A stretch of 64,000 nt of DNA from Candidatus Cloacimonadales bacterium. GTDB taxonomy: Bacteria; Cloacimonadota; Cloacimonadia; Cloacimonadales; DAONDQ01. The translations under genes were made by a program, and so were the position numbers. This document shows positions 1-10,350 of this stretch, in pieces (position 1 is the stretch's first letter; every line of letters starts with the position of its first letter). The notes beneath the pieces were generated by a model, which was not told the origin of the DNA, searched no databases, and saw only the letters and a list, made by a program, of their open reading frames with translations. The stretch spans positions 3,904,001-3,968,000 of the forward strand of contig OY759316.1 of assembly GCA_963662275.1 (NCBI GenBank), written 5' to 3'.

Positions 1-1507
1 TATACGTGCCGCGATGCAATTCAAGATAGAGTTCACCTACCCAAGTTGGCAATTGGGAAGCAGGTATTTGACTTATCTTTTCAAAGAATTCAGAAGCAAA
101 GGCAAACTTGAACTTGGGGGTACCTTCCAAGTCCTGCTGACGTAGTCCCAGTTCAATGTGTTCTCTCGAAGGTCCACCCCCGCCATCACCAATACCATAG
201 AGATTGAGAAATTCATCTGATATATCAGATTGGGCATAACGCTCTTCAGAAGCGATCATCTGGTTGGGCATGTTGGCTAGGTTGTAGTCATTTGTGGGAA
301 GGAAATGCGTGAGGATGGAAGTGCCATCAATACCCTGCCAGTTGAATGTATGATGCGGGAAAGTGTTGAATTCATTCCAGGATATCTTCTGCGTCATGAA
401 GTAATCCACACCGCATTTCTTCAATATTTGGGGTAACGCTGCTGAGTAACCGAAGACATCCGGCAGCCAGAGATTGTTGACATCCACACCGAACTCATCC
501 ATGAAGAAGCGCTTGCCATATAGGCATTGACGTACAAGAGATTCTCCGCCTGTGAGATTCATATCCGCTTCCACCCACATGGCTCCCTGGCATTCCCATT
601 TTCCAGCTTTAACGGATTGTTTGATTCTATCGTAAAGAAGCGGATATTTATCTTTCATCCATTGGTATAATTGGGGTTGGGAAGCACCAAACTTATACTC
701 AGGGTATTCTTCCATCAATTGCAGGACAGTGGAGAAAGTACGTCCTCCCTTTCTCTTCGTTTCATCGATATGCCATAGCCAGGCAAGGTCAATATGGGCG
801 TGTCCAATGGAATAAGCAGTGGTGCTACTCTCATTGGCTTTCTTGCTGAGAAGGCCAGAACTGATCTTCAGGCAGTTTTCGATTCCCTTGCCATCCTGCC
901 AGAGATTGCAGATTTCATTCAGACCTTTTATAATCTTCTGCCTTCGGGGTTGTCTTTCCGGAAGTGCTTCTGCCAAAGAAAGAAGGGTTCTTACATCAAA
1001 GTCCAACTTCCACACTTTCCTATCGATCCAGGCAATTTCAGCCTGCTGCAGACGGAAGTCTTTCTGGTTCGCTCCAAACAGTCCATTGGCAGCAGCTTCC
1101 ACCAACAGTTCTATATTCTCATTTCCCTGTGCAGGATTGAATAAAGGCACCATATTCTTGATGGCATTCGTCATCCAATCCACTTTGTTGGTTAGACCAT
1201 ACATGGGGCTTCCATCCTGGAAAACACAACCTTCTGAGCCTAAATCTATCAATGCAACGGCTTCCTTACCGGCAAACGAAGGTGGAATACTACCATTGAA
1301 TTTGAACCAGGCTGAACCCCAGACCTTACCCCATTCCTCTCCAACCTTGATTTCTTTGAACTCAAGATTATTGATATTCTCATATGGAATTGGTTCAGAA
1401 TCATAGGAATAGACTGCACTTAAAGGCTGTTTGTCCCGGTAAACATAAGTGATGAGTTTATCGCTAAATCTCTTGATACGTGTTAAATACACTTTCTCGT
1501 ATTGCAT
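1..1507 (-). CDS. GH38 alpha-mannosidase, N-terminal part (runs off window)
   Basis: Absent from the ORF track. Manual translation from ATG 1507 (GAGG RBS) is in frame with IGHAHIDLAWLW; also GAMWVEAD, WLPDVFGYS and FNWQGIDG GH38 motifs. Confidence 0.9.
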   Translation of the reverse strand, partial: MQYEKVYLTRIKRFSDKLITYVYRDKQPLSAVYSYDSEPIPYENINNLEFKEIKVGEEWGKVWGSAWFKFNGSIPPSFAGKEAVALIDLGSEGCVFQDGSPMYGLTNKVDWMTNAIKNMVPLFNPAQGNENIELLVEAAANGLFGANQKDFRLQQAEIAWIDRKVWKLDFDVRTLLSLAEALPERQPRRQKIIKGLNEICNLWQDGKGIENCLKISSGLLSKKANESSTTAYSIGHAHIDLAWLWHIDETKRKGGRTFSTVLQLMEEYPEYKFGASQPQLYQWMKDKYPLLYDRIKQSVKAGKWECQGAMWVEADMNLTGGESLVRQCLYGKRFFMDEFGVDVNNLWLPDVFGYSAALPQILKKCGVDYFMTQKISWNEFNTFPHHTFNWQGIDGTSILTHFLPTNDYNLANMPNQMIASEERYAQSDISDEFLNLYGIGDGGGGPSREHIELGLRQQDLEGTPKFKFAFASEFFEKISQIPASQLPTWVGELYLELHRGTY

Positions 1508-1605
1508 GAAAACCTCTTATATTGTAAAGTTTACTTTAGGAAACTGGATGTAAAGTTTACTTTAGGAAACTGGAATATTCATGACCCTAAAGTGTCCTTT
1601 ACAAT

Positions 1606-3900
1606 CTACTTTTCTGTAGGTACCACAATGCCCTTGATAATGATATTCTGGAAGAATGCGAACACGGCAAACGTGGGGATGGCTGCTAGCACCAGCGCGG
1701 CATAACCCACACCCGGACTGCTGTTCTGCATTAACTGATAAATATGCACCATCATTGTCCACATCTTTTCATCCTGGCAGACAATAAAGGCGAACATGAA
1801 GTTACGATAGGCATCGTTAAAAGCACCCAAAGCAATCACAGCCATGATGGGTTTCGACAACGACATGGCAATCTGCCAGAAGATTCTGAACTCTCCGGCT
1901 CCATCCATGGTCGCACTTTCAAACAGCTCTTTGGGCAATGAATCAAAGAAACCTTTGAGAAGAAAGATGAAATAGCCGTCTGCTGCTGCCGGTAAGATCA
2001 AAGCCCAGAAAGTATTGAGTAAATTCAGATGTTTCAGCATAAGGAAATTAGGGATTCCCATCACCATAGGAGGGAATGCCATCGTCAGCATGAGCACAAG
2101 TAGAATCTTGTATGTGGAACGCATCTTATAGCGGCTCATAGCATACGCAGCAAGGGGATTGACGAGTAAGGCAGTGAATATTGCCAGCAGGCAATAGATC
2201 AGCGTATTCAGGATAGCTCTGCCATTATAGAGCATCAGATCAAGTACCTTTTGGTAATTACGCTTGGTCATTTCCCAAAAGATATCACTCTGGTGATCTC
2301 TGAAAAGAAAGTAATCGATGTTCCAATTATCTAGCGGAACTGTTTCAAATGACTGATATTCAAGATGATATGCCTTTCTTAAAGAAGCTATATCCTTATA
2401 TTTGGAAGAGATATATGCTTGCCATTCCTTTTCTGCTAAAAGTGATAGTTTCAGATATTTCCCATCAACCTTTTGTTTCACGAATATCAGCCAGATCATC
2501 TTGTAATCTTTATTCTCAGGCAAAGTGGGACTGGGATAAACATCGATTTCCTTTTCATACTGAGTGCCTAAAGCATTATTCATGGCAGCTACATCCAGTG
2601 TGCTATCTGCTCCAGGATACAGCGTTTTCAGGAAGGAAATATATTCCGTTTGTGATGTGGTTTGCACACCAAGATACTTCTCATCCATTTTATGATGAAC
2701 AAAATCAAGCCAGTCCCGTTGAAGAGCGATATTGTCTTCGGGCATTGTTTCTGAAAGTCTGAATGAAGAAAAAGAAGGATACAACTGATCGAAGTATTCA
2801 CGATTCAAAGCTGTGATATCCCTGTATTTATTCTTCAACCAATCCCTATAGGCAAACTCAACACTCTTGATATAGAGTGCATTCTCAGGAGCAATGTTTT
2901 CTATGAAGAATATCCAATCCACCATTAAAGCACCGGTGCGAGGAAGTACCTTCGGTATCTCTAAATCAGTGTAACTGCTGTAACTTGAATGATAGGTCGT
3001 ATTCAGAAGTGATATATCACCATATTTATCTTTTAAATAACTACGATACAGCCCCACAGCACTCGCATCCACACCAATGTGATGAACATTCTGCACTTTC
3101 CGAACATAATGAAGCCAATATGGTTTTAGTGCGTCATTAGGTACACGGCGACTGAGCGTAACATCATTCCAGGATACAAAGCCCGTACCCAGCTTTTCAT
3201 TCATAAAGGCTAGATTCTCTCCATATTCCTGGAAAAGCTCTGATGTGATGAAATTACCATCAACACTGGAGTAATCCCTTTGCCAGATCGGCACAGAATG
3301 ACGGAAGCGCTCGAAACCGCTCAACAAGCCCATGTATTCCCCTGTGAAATTACGGAACAGCGGGTCTCTTTCCTCTATTTTCACCTCATCCCATGAAGAA
3401 GCCTGGGATTTATATCGTTCATTGAAGCGTTGCAGGTCACCCTTGTTTTCCTTCTTCATTATATTACGGAATGCACGTTCATTGCGGGTATAGATGCCTT
3501 TGCTGAAATGCTCCGCCACGAGATAATTGAAGATCGTATCTCTTTCAGGATATTGGGTAATGAATTGATTCCAATCATCATACAGAGGCTTGTTAGGCGA
3601 AACAGGGAAAGTCAATTGCGCAAAAGAAGGAAATCTGCCTCTATACTGATCCTGGAAGAAGGATGAATTCTCGTTATCTCTCGATTCCACATACTTTTTA
3701 AAAAGCACTTCATCATCCCTGAAATACTTGGGAAGAAGGATGAATTCACTTGCATCTACATTACTTCTAAATGAAGATGAGATCATGATCATAAAAGGAT
3801 AGATCATGGTAATGGCACCCAGCAGCAGTATCACATGGATGGACGTATGCAGCGTCCTGCCTTTCCAACTGCGGGTTCCCACTTTACCGATTATTGGCAT
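1606..3900 (-). CDS. Carbohydrate ABC permease (MalG-like) with ~500-aa extracytoplasmic insertion
   Basis: N-terminal TM helix (IYPFMIMISSSF); C-terminal EAA loop ELFESATMDGAGEFRIF. Confidence 0.85.
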   Translation of the reverse strand: MPIIGKVGTRSWKGRTLHTSIHVILLLGAITMIYPFMIMISSSFRSNVDASEFILLPKYFRDDEVLFKKYVESRDNENSSFFQDQYRGRFPSFAQLTFPVSPNKPLYDDWNQFITQYPERDTIFNYLVAEHFSKGIYTRNERAFRNIMKKENKGDLQRFNERYKSQASSWDEVKIEERDPLFRNFTGEYMGLLSGFERFRHSVPIWQRDYSSVDGNFITSELFQEYGENLAFMNEKLGTGFVSWNDVTLSRRVPNDALKPYWLHYVRKVQNVHHIGVDASAVGLYRSYLKDKYGDISLLNTTYHSSYSSYTDLEIPKVLPRTGALMVDWIFFIENIAPENALYIKSVEFAYRDWLKNKYRDITALNREYFDQLYPSFSSFRLSETMPEDNIALQRDWLDFVHHKMDEKYLGVQTTSQTEYISFLKTLYPGADSTLDVAAMNNALGTQYEKEIDVYPSPTLPENKDYKMIWLIFVKQKVDGKYLKLSLLAEKEWQAYISSKYKDIASLRKAYHLEYQSFETVPLDNWNIDYFLFRDHQSDIFWEMTKRNYQKVLDLMLYNGRAILNTLIYCLLAIFTALLVNPLAAYAMSRYKMRSTYKILLVLMLTMAFPPMVMGIPNFLMLKHLNLLNTFWALILPAAADGYFIFLLKGFFDSLPKELFESATMDGAGEFRIFWQIAMSLSKPIMAVIALGAFNDAYRNFMFAFIVCQDEKMWTMMVHIYQLMQNSSPGVGYAALVLAAIPTFAVFAFFQNIIIKGIVVPTEK

Positions 3901-3910
3901 GAGCCCCTCA

Positions 3911-6367
3911 TCATTTCGTTGTATCCACGGTGCGGAATTCCATTCTCGACAGCATCCGCAACTGAATAACCGTAAAGCCGATGAGCATCATGCCCAGCAT
4001 CCACGCCATGGCTGTGGCTATGCCAAAATCAAGATATAAGTACGCCTTTTGGAAAATAAGCAGGTCAGCAACCTGTGTCGCATCGTTCGGACCGCCGAAT
4101 GTCATGACGAGTATGAAGCCTGACTGCTGTGCTGCTGCTATAAAGGCTGCAATGAACTGGATAATTAATAGAGGTTTTAAACTTGGAATGACTATGTACC
4201 TGATCTTCTGCATGAAGGAAGCACCGTCGATATCCGCAGCTTCGTAGTTTTCATCAGGAATGCCTTTCAATGCTGCCAAATAGATAAGACAACCCGGTCC
4301 CACACCAGCCCAAATGGTAGGCAGAACACAGCAAAGCATTGCCAGACTTTCGTTTTTAAGCCATTCACTCTTGCCCAGACCAAGATGTAATAGGATTTGA
4401 TTGAATCCACCGGCATCGGAAGGATCGAAAAGCAGCTTCCACAGATAAATGACGATCACACCGCTGATCACAGCCGGCAGATAGTAAATCACTCGATAGA
4501 TGATCTTCCCTCTCGGTACTTCCTGCAATAGAATGGCTAGCATGACAGGCGGAAAGAAACCCAAGCCGAGACTGAGAACCATATAATACAGCGACTTCCC
4601 AAGTGCTGACCACCAGATAGGATCGAAGAGGATATCTGCAAAGTTCTGGAGACCTATGAATGTGGAAGGTCCCACGATCTTGTAATCTTCAAACGCCATG
4701 ACAGAACCCATCAGCATGGGCACGTATTTCCAGAGAATAATGGAAGCCAGCGCAGGAATGAGCAGCATCCAGGCAAACCAGTATTGATTTTTCTTTCCCT
4801 GTTGCTGTTCAACAAGCACTTTCGGAGTAAATATCTGCCACATGCGATAGATACCCCAAATGAATGCCAGGAGTACAAAGATAGCAGCCAGTGAAGCAAC
4901 CCTGTTCCGCTTCATCCGTTCAGCAGGCGGTATTTTGCCTATCATCTTCTGATTGGTGGTTTGAACTGCCTTGTTCAAAATCCTTTGCATCAAAGCATGT
5001 TTTTCAGTCTGTGTTTTACCCAATTGTCCTTTCGTTTCCAGAGAAATGATCTCATCCAAGGGCTTTGTCATATATTCATAAACCTTCTGGCAATTATGAC
5101 CAAAAGGCTCAGGCTTCCCATTCTGTAATGCTTCTGTAAAGGTATCTATCCAGCCCGAAGGACAATAGCGAAGGTACTCATCATAGCCATAGCGTTTCAG
5201 ATAAATCGGATTCAGCATCTTGCCGTAACCCGATTCGATCATGACTTTCATCCGTATCTGGCGCGCTTCCTCACTATCCCAGAACCAGATGAACTTCCAG
5301 GCTGCATCTCTCACCTGCTTGGCATCACGATGCCCAAGTCCGGCATTGTTGCTTACACCTGCCCCGGAAAAGATACCCATCATGCGACAGTTCAGCTCAG
5401 AACCGCGTTGTCCTGTCGGACCTATGGGAGGTGGAGCAACCCCATATAAATTCGGGTCAAGCGTACCACCCAGGCTCTGTTCGGTCATGTAATTCATGCG
5501 CATGCCGATCTTGCCTTCTTCCCAAAGCTTGCCGTAATCCCCTTCCCGAATTGCAAAACCTCGCTGTTCCTTCCCGGAAGGGTCATGCCAGACGGTCGTA
5601 AGCAGCTTTAAATACAAATCCATGGCATTGATAGCAGCTTTATCGTTGAATGTAGCTTTCCAATCACCTGTCTTTGGATCCTGCTTCACTGCATCACCAC
5701 CGGCACTCCATAAGTAAGTGATCCAGTCATAGGCAGCCTGGGAACCACCTGCCAGGAAGATACCGTAGGTTCCTTCCGAGGGAATGGTCATGCGTTTGGC
5801 ATAATCCACCAGTTCAATCCAGTCCTTGGGAGGTTTATTCGGGTCGAGACCGGCTTTCTTGAACAAGTCTTTGCGATACATCATGACACGCACCAGCGTC
5901 TCGTAGGGAAGCATCCAGACATGTTCTGCCTCGTTTCCCTTCCTGCGCCTGATCACTTGCCAAACGGGCTTTTCTACGCGCAGATCGATAGCATTCGCGT
6001 CTTGCTGCTTCATATATTCGTCTAAGGGATAAAGAAAATTGTTTTGAATATAGGTATCCGATTGCCTGAAGTTCACATAGATCACATCGGGTGAAACACC
6101 ACCGGCAATAGCCATCAGCGGTCCAATATCCAAATCGAGGTTCTCAATCTTCAAACCGGAAAAAGAACGCAGTTCTATGTGGGGATACTTCTTTTGAAAA
6201 GCATCGATCACTGCTAAATTTGCTTTGGTAAAACTGGTGGCATTGCGAGGGTCAGGGAATTCGAATATCTTGAGAACGACCTTGTTTTCTGCCGATAACA
6301 TGGATGCGATGATCAGCAGAATGAACAGGAACAGGCATCTCAACCGTTTATGCATCCAAACTCCCAT
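3911..6367 (-). CDS. Fused sugar-binding protein + MalF-like ABC permease
   Basis: Signal peptide; SBP motifs (AIAGGVSPDV, YRKDLFKKAGLDPNKPPKDW); C-terminal TM domain with ENYEAADIDGAS. Confidence 0.85.
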   Translation of the reverse strand: MGVWMHKRLRCLFLFILLIIASMLSAENKVVLKIFEFPDPRNATSFTKANLAVIDAFQKKYPHIELRSFSGLKIENLDLDIGPLMAIAGGVSPDVIYVNFRQSDTYIQNNFLYPLDEYMKQQDANAIDLRVEKPVWQVIRRRKGNEAEHVWMLPYETLVRVMMYRKDLFKKAGLDPNKPPKDWIELVDYAKRMTIPSEGTYGIFLAGGSQAAYDWITYLWSAGGDAVKQDPKTGDWKATFNDKAAINAMDLYLKLLTTVWHDPSGKEQRGFAIREGDYGKLWEEGKIGMRMNYMTEQSLGGTLDPNLYGVAPPPIGPTGQRGSELNCRMMGIFSGAGVSNNAGLGHRDAKQVRDAAWKFIWFWDSEEARQIRMKVMIESGYGKMLNPIYLKRYGYDEYLRYCPSGWIDTFTEALQNGKPEPFGHNCQKVYEYMTKPLDEIISLETKGQLGKTQTEKHALMQRILNKAVQTTNQKMIGKIPPAERMKRNRVASLAAIFVLLAFIWGIYRMWQIFTPKVLVEQQQGKKNQYWFAWMLLIPALASIILWKYVPMLMGSVMAFEDYKIVGPSTFIGLQNFADILFDPIWWSALGKSLYYMVLSLGLGFFPPVMLAILLQEVPRGKIIYRVIYYLPAVISGVIVIYLWKLLFDPSDAGGFNQILLHLGLGKSEWLKNESLAMLCCVLPTIWAGVGPGCLIYLAALKGIPDENYEAADIDGASFMQKIRYIVIPSLKPLLIIQFIAAFIAAAQQSGFILVMTFGGPNDATQVADLLIFQKAYLYLDFGIATAMAWMLGMMLIGFTVIQLRMLSRMEFRTVDTTK

Positions 6368-6424
6368 GGCAATGACTTCGAAAAGAGAGCAAAGAGAGAC
6401 GCTAGTTTTGTAAAGAAAAATTTA

Positions 6425-6458
6425 CCTCCCTAACCGAGGGGGGATAAAAGGGGGGTTG
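6425..6458. repeat. C-run/G-run palindromic repeat (partial copy)
   Basis: CCTCCCTAACCGAGGGGGGATAAAAGGGGGG; related to 16961, 48996 and 53669. Confidence 0.5.
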
Positions 6459-6499
6459 TCTTCTATTAACCACAAAACAGACGAAAAGAAGATTTATTA

Positions 6500-6529
6500 T
6501 GTAGGGATAGACCCATGTGTCTATCCTCT
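6500..6529 (+). repeat. GTAG-type REP-like hairpin
   Basis: TGTAGGGATAGACCCATGTGTCTATCCTCT; 28/30 identical to the reverse complement of 11814-11843. Confidence 0.75.
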
Positions 6530-6544
6530 GAAGTATATCATCAG

Positions 6545-8405
6545 GAGACTGTTCATGAAGTTATTCATAATATTCAATAAGTTAGAAAGTAGCAAGTTGA
6601 AAAAAGTGGTCGAAACGGTCATAATTTAACATACCTTCCAGAATTGACAGATAAGCTCTGCTAAGGACACCAAATCACAAGTTAAGCTTTTTGACTAAAA
6701 TTGAAAAACACGCGATTATAAGTAATGTTTCGAAGCCGTTTCTGACTAAATGTGTAGTTAAAATCATATAAAATAGTTCTTTACAAGTTTTTTGCTATAG
6801 CTTCAATGGCATTTGTTACCTGGTAACAAAAGGGAGGATATTATGACAAAAAAACACTCCAATTCAAGAAGCGGTAAGTGTTAGTCATGAAAGTAACCAA
6901 TACCATGTAAGTATTAACGTACCATTTTCATTCACTTTGCCTGAGACAACATCAAACCACAAGTTCTTAATAGCGTTTCTACGCTTATTAGTAGGAATAG
7001 GCGGAGACAACCTCCTTACACTTCAGCAAATAGCTGATCTGTTTAACTACGCAGACCGCAGGAATGTACATAATTTCTGGCAAGAGTTTGAGCAGCATGG
7101 TCATGATATCCTGGCATATTTAAGCCGGAAAGTTGACCTGCTGGAGTGTATTCCTCAGATCGAGAATTTTGTTATCAATAACCTGCTTTTACCTTTAAAT
7201 GTCATGTATCAGGAGTTCATCAGCCATCATGATTTTAAAATGTCCTATACCACTTTCTGCAAATATGCTTCTCAGGTCAATTCTCTGTCTGTAGTTAAGC
7301 AAGCTCAGAAGCTTCTTCTGAAAAAGACAGTAGGCGGTGATGCTGTACATCTGCTGAAACTGCTTGCCGGTCAGCAGAATACACCTGTTATCTGTGACAG
7401 ACTCCTGGAACAAATGAAGACTGCTAAAGGCAATACATCCCATAGAACCGCCGATGCAAAGCCGTTCCATAGTCTGGAACGCAAGAACCTGTGTCTGCTG
7501 GTACATTACCTGGTTGGAAGCGGTATGAACTTCGAGACGATAGCTTTGCTGCTCAACACCTGTAAAGCTACAGTCTCAAATCTCTGGCATGAAATCGCTG
7601 ACCTGCAGAGCCTGATTCTGAACTCAATCGGTAAGTGGAGCGGAAAGATCAGCATTGATGAGAAATATGTGAAGATCAAAGGTATTCCGTACTATGTCAT
7701 CAGTATTGTTGATTTTGTGACTCACATCCCTCTGTTTTGTGAGTTGTATCCTGACACAAAGAAAGAATCATTCGAAGCATGTTTCAGAACCTTCAGACAG
7801 CTCTACAGGAAAGATCCAACCCTGATTGTCAGTGATGGCAGTAAATCGTTAGCAGTTGCAAGAAAAACAGTGTTTCCAAAAGTCCATTACCAACTCTGTA
7901 AGTTCCATAAGATACGAAATCTCTTCAAAAGAATCAGTCAATGTCATCTCCCTGAAGACAGGGACAAGTTCTTTAAGAAGAGGATTATGAAAGCTTTCCG
8001 AAGAGAAACGGCGGGCGGAAGGAAAAAGGGTATCGCAAGCCTGACAGCTATTACTCCCCCAACCGCCGCCGAATACATCAAAAGCAATATCATTAGTGAT
8101 TGGAGACACCTCAGCAAAGGTTTGACTTCCAATGTCTCTGAACGCTGGAACCGCAAAATCAAGAAGGTGACATCCGGTAGATTTGGACTAAAATCTGAAG
8201 AAACCACCCGCAACCTTGTGTTTTCGCTTTGGTTCAAAGAACTGGTCGATAAAGGTCAACCAATCATGCGTCAGGAATCACTTTTAGCAAGTTTAAATAT
8301 CTCCCGCATATGTCAAGAAAATGTGGATTGGTCGCACTTAGACCACTTTTTCTCTGTCACTACCAATAAGGCTGCGTAAAATGGAGGTTAATTTTGAACA
8401 GTCTC
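6545..8405 (+). mobile_element. Insertion sequence (DDE, IS256/Mutator- or IS6-related), 1861 bp
   Basis: 11-bp TIR GAGACTGTTCA/TGAACAGTCTC; 8-bp TSD ATCATCAG at 6537-6544 and 8406-8413. Confidence 0.9.
6937..8379 (+). CDS. DDE transposase (true start may be ATG 6843, out of frame by one A)
   Basis: SIDEKYVKIKG, LIVSDG, YQLCKFH (CxxH), TSNVSERWN. Confidence 0.85.
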   Translation: MPETTSNHKFLIAFLRLLVGIGGDNLLTLQQIADLFNYADRRNVHNFWQEFEQHGHDILAYLSRKVDLLECIPQIENFVINNLLLPLNVMYQEFISHHDFKMSYTTFCKYASQVNSLSVVKQAQKLLLKKTVGGDAVHLLKLLAGQQNTPVICDRLLEQMKTAKGNTSHRTADAKPFHSLERKNLCLLVHYLVGSGMNFETIALLLNTCKATVSNLWHEIADLQSLILNSIGKWSGKISIDEKYVKIKGIPYYVISIVDFVTHIPLFCELYPDTKKESFEACFRTFRQLYRKDPTLIVSDGSKSLAVARKTVFPKVHYQLCKFHKIRNLFKRISQCHLPEDRDKFFKKRIMKAFRRETAGGRKKGIASLTAITPPTAAEYIKSNIISDWRHLSKGLTSNVSERWNRKIKKVTSGRFGLKSEETTRNLVFSLWFKELVDKGQPIMRQESLLASLNISRICQENVDWSHLDHFFSVTTNKAA

Positions 8406-8503
8406 ATCATCAGGGTTTGAGCGGATAGGTAAAATCTACTTGACTACATTCCTTACCAATAATACTAATATTTGTGTAAATTCATTTTGAGGAGGGAAAT
8501 GCA

Positions 8504-9352
8504 ATGACAAATATAGACAATTACAAAGAGATTATCTTTGAAAGCCTGAAACAAACTAATGAATTTGGGTCTGACTTCTGGTTTGCCCGTGACTTAGCAA
8601 ACGCCTTGGATTATTCACAATGGCGAAATTTCCTGAATGTCGTGGATAAAGCAAAGGAAGCATGTGAACACAGTCATAATCATGTACCTGACCATTTTGC
8701 TGATGTCAGCAAAATGGTACAACTTGGTTCTGGTTCTTTAAGAGAAATAGACGATCTTATGCTGTCCCGTTATGCTTGCTATCTTATTGTTCAAAATGCC
8801 GATCCAAGCAAGGAAATTGTCGCATTGGGTCAGACATATTTTGCATTAAAAACCCGTGAACGTGAGATTGATGAAGAGTTCAAGCAATTGTCGGAAAATA
8901 AAAAGCGAGTTGCGATTCGTCATGAACTCAGGGAGCATAACAAACAATTGGCAGATGCTGCCAGGAATGCAGGAATTGAAGATTCAATAGATTATGCAGT
9001 TTTTCAAAATCATGGTTATATGGGCTTGTATGGCGGGTTAACAGCAAAAGATATTCACCAAAAGAAAGGTTTGAAGAAAACGCAGAAAATACTTGATTAC
9101 ATGGGAAGTACAGAACTTGCAGCTAACCTTTTCAGAGCAACTCAGACAGAAGACAAACTGAATCGGGAACAGATCAAAGGGAAAGAAAAAGCAAATGAAG
9201 TACATTTTCAGGTTGGAAAGAAAGTTAGACAAACAATTCAAGAATTAGGCGGAACAATGCCTGAAGAGTTGCCAACTCCTGAAAAATCAGTCAACCAAAT
9301 TGATTCTGAAAGTAAAAAAATAGATCAGAAGAATAAAAAAAGAAAAACTTAA
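8504..9352 (+). CDS. dinD: DNA damage-inducible protein D (Bro-N family)
   Basis: WFARDL, LSRYACYLIVQNADPSK, FQNHGYMGLYGG, MGSTELAANLFRATQ, GGTMPEELPTP. Confidence 0.9.
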   Translation: MTNIDNYKEIIFESLKQTNEFGSDFWFARDLANALDYSQWRNFLNVVDKAKEACEHSHNHVPDHFADVSKMVQLGSGSLREIDDLMLSRYACYLIVQNADPSKEIVALGQTYFALKTREREIDEEFKQLSENKKRVAIRHELREHNKQLADAARNAGIEDSIDYAVFQNHGYMGLYGGLTAKDIHQKKGLKKTQKILDYMGSTELAANLFRATQTEDKLNREQIKGKEKANEVHFQVGKKVRQTIQELGGTMPEELPTPEKSVNQIDSESKKIDQKNKKRKT

Positions 9353-9423
9353 TCAAAGCTGAGATATTATCATCCAAATTATCACAATCTGGATTTGTTA
9401 TTGAGAGTTGTTAATCTCTAATG

Positions 9424-10167
9424 TTATTCGTTACTTGCTGGTTCTTTAATGGTTATAACATCTAAAGCCCTCTTATCAACTTCAGCAAAGAGTGGTATTA
9501 ATTTGGAAAAATAATCTTCTATGAGTTGGTATGGTGATATATTAATACGTTCATGGATAAGCCCTAATCCATAAGCTTTGATTTCTTCATCAATAAATCC
9601 ATATAAATGTGTTACTTTATTCCTAATGGTGTTAATTTTATGTAGATATTTCTGCTCCTCTTGGTTAAACAGATCAATATCTGTGATTTGTTTATAAATT
9701 AGGATACGCATATTATATGATAGTTTTGAAAAAGAACAAAATAATCCCCATATTTTATCTTCATCATTATCATGATTTATTGCCTGCTGAAATTCTGACT
9801 TGAGATCTTCTCTTCTTTTTGTAATAAATTCCATGAGTTTTTGTTCAAACTTACTCTCTTTAATAACAATTGAACTTAATAAATCAGAAACGTATGTTTC
9901 GCACAAATCCATTGCATGTGCTAACAATATCTGAGTCCAATTTTCACAGGAAATATCTTTAGAGGAATTTTCAATATTCATTTCAATATCTTCATCAAAA
10001 TCATCATTCTCACTTTGATAAAACACCTTTTCACAATCGAAATATTTCCTAATAGCGCTAGATCTTTCATCTTGTGTCATTGACATAAATGAAAGTGTAG
10101 TAAATGTGAGTGCTCCTAATTCGTTTAACTTATTATTGAAATTCATGAATGCTCTTGTTACTTTCAT
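9424..10167 (-). CDS. Hypothetical protein, possible HEPN domain
   Basis: 247 aa, AT-rich, helical-looking, Rx4H motif IRNKVTH. Confidence 0.5.
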   Translation of the reverse strand: MKVTRAFMNFNNKLNELGALTFTTLSFMSMTQDERSSAIRKYFDCEKVFYQSENDDFDEDIEMNIENSSKDISCENWTQILLAHAMDLCETYVSDLLSSIVIKESKFEQKLMEFITKRREDLKSEFQQAINHDNDEDKIWGLFCSFSKLSYNMRILIYKQITDIDLFNQEEQKYLHKINTIRNKVTHLYGFIDEEIKAYGLGLIHERINISPYQLIEDYFSKLIPLFAEVDKRALDVITIKEPASNE

Positions 10168-10350
10168 AAAAAACCTCTAAATTGTATTCCGTAATATAAT
10201 CATAATGTTAACAAATGTAGAATTGAAATCTGTCAGAACTATATATCTAAATATAAATAAATAACTCACCTGTTCCTTCCGATTTGCCAAGTCTGAATTG
10301 ATTTTGAGGCTTTACTACCCAAACGTTCAGAGAATGTTGTCATGTATATT

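Noticed and set aside
794..1406. Plus-strand ORFs of 116 and 195 aa
   Set aside because: Antisense shadows of the GH38 gene; the same applies to most short ORFs overlapping long genes
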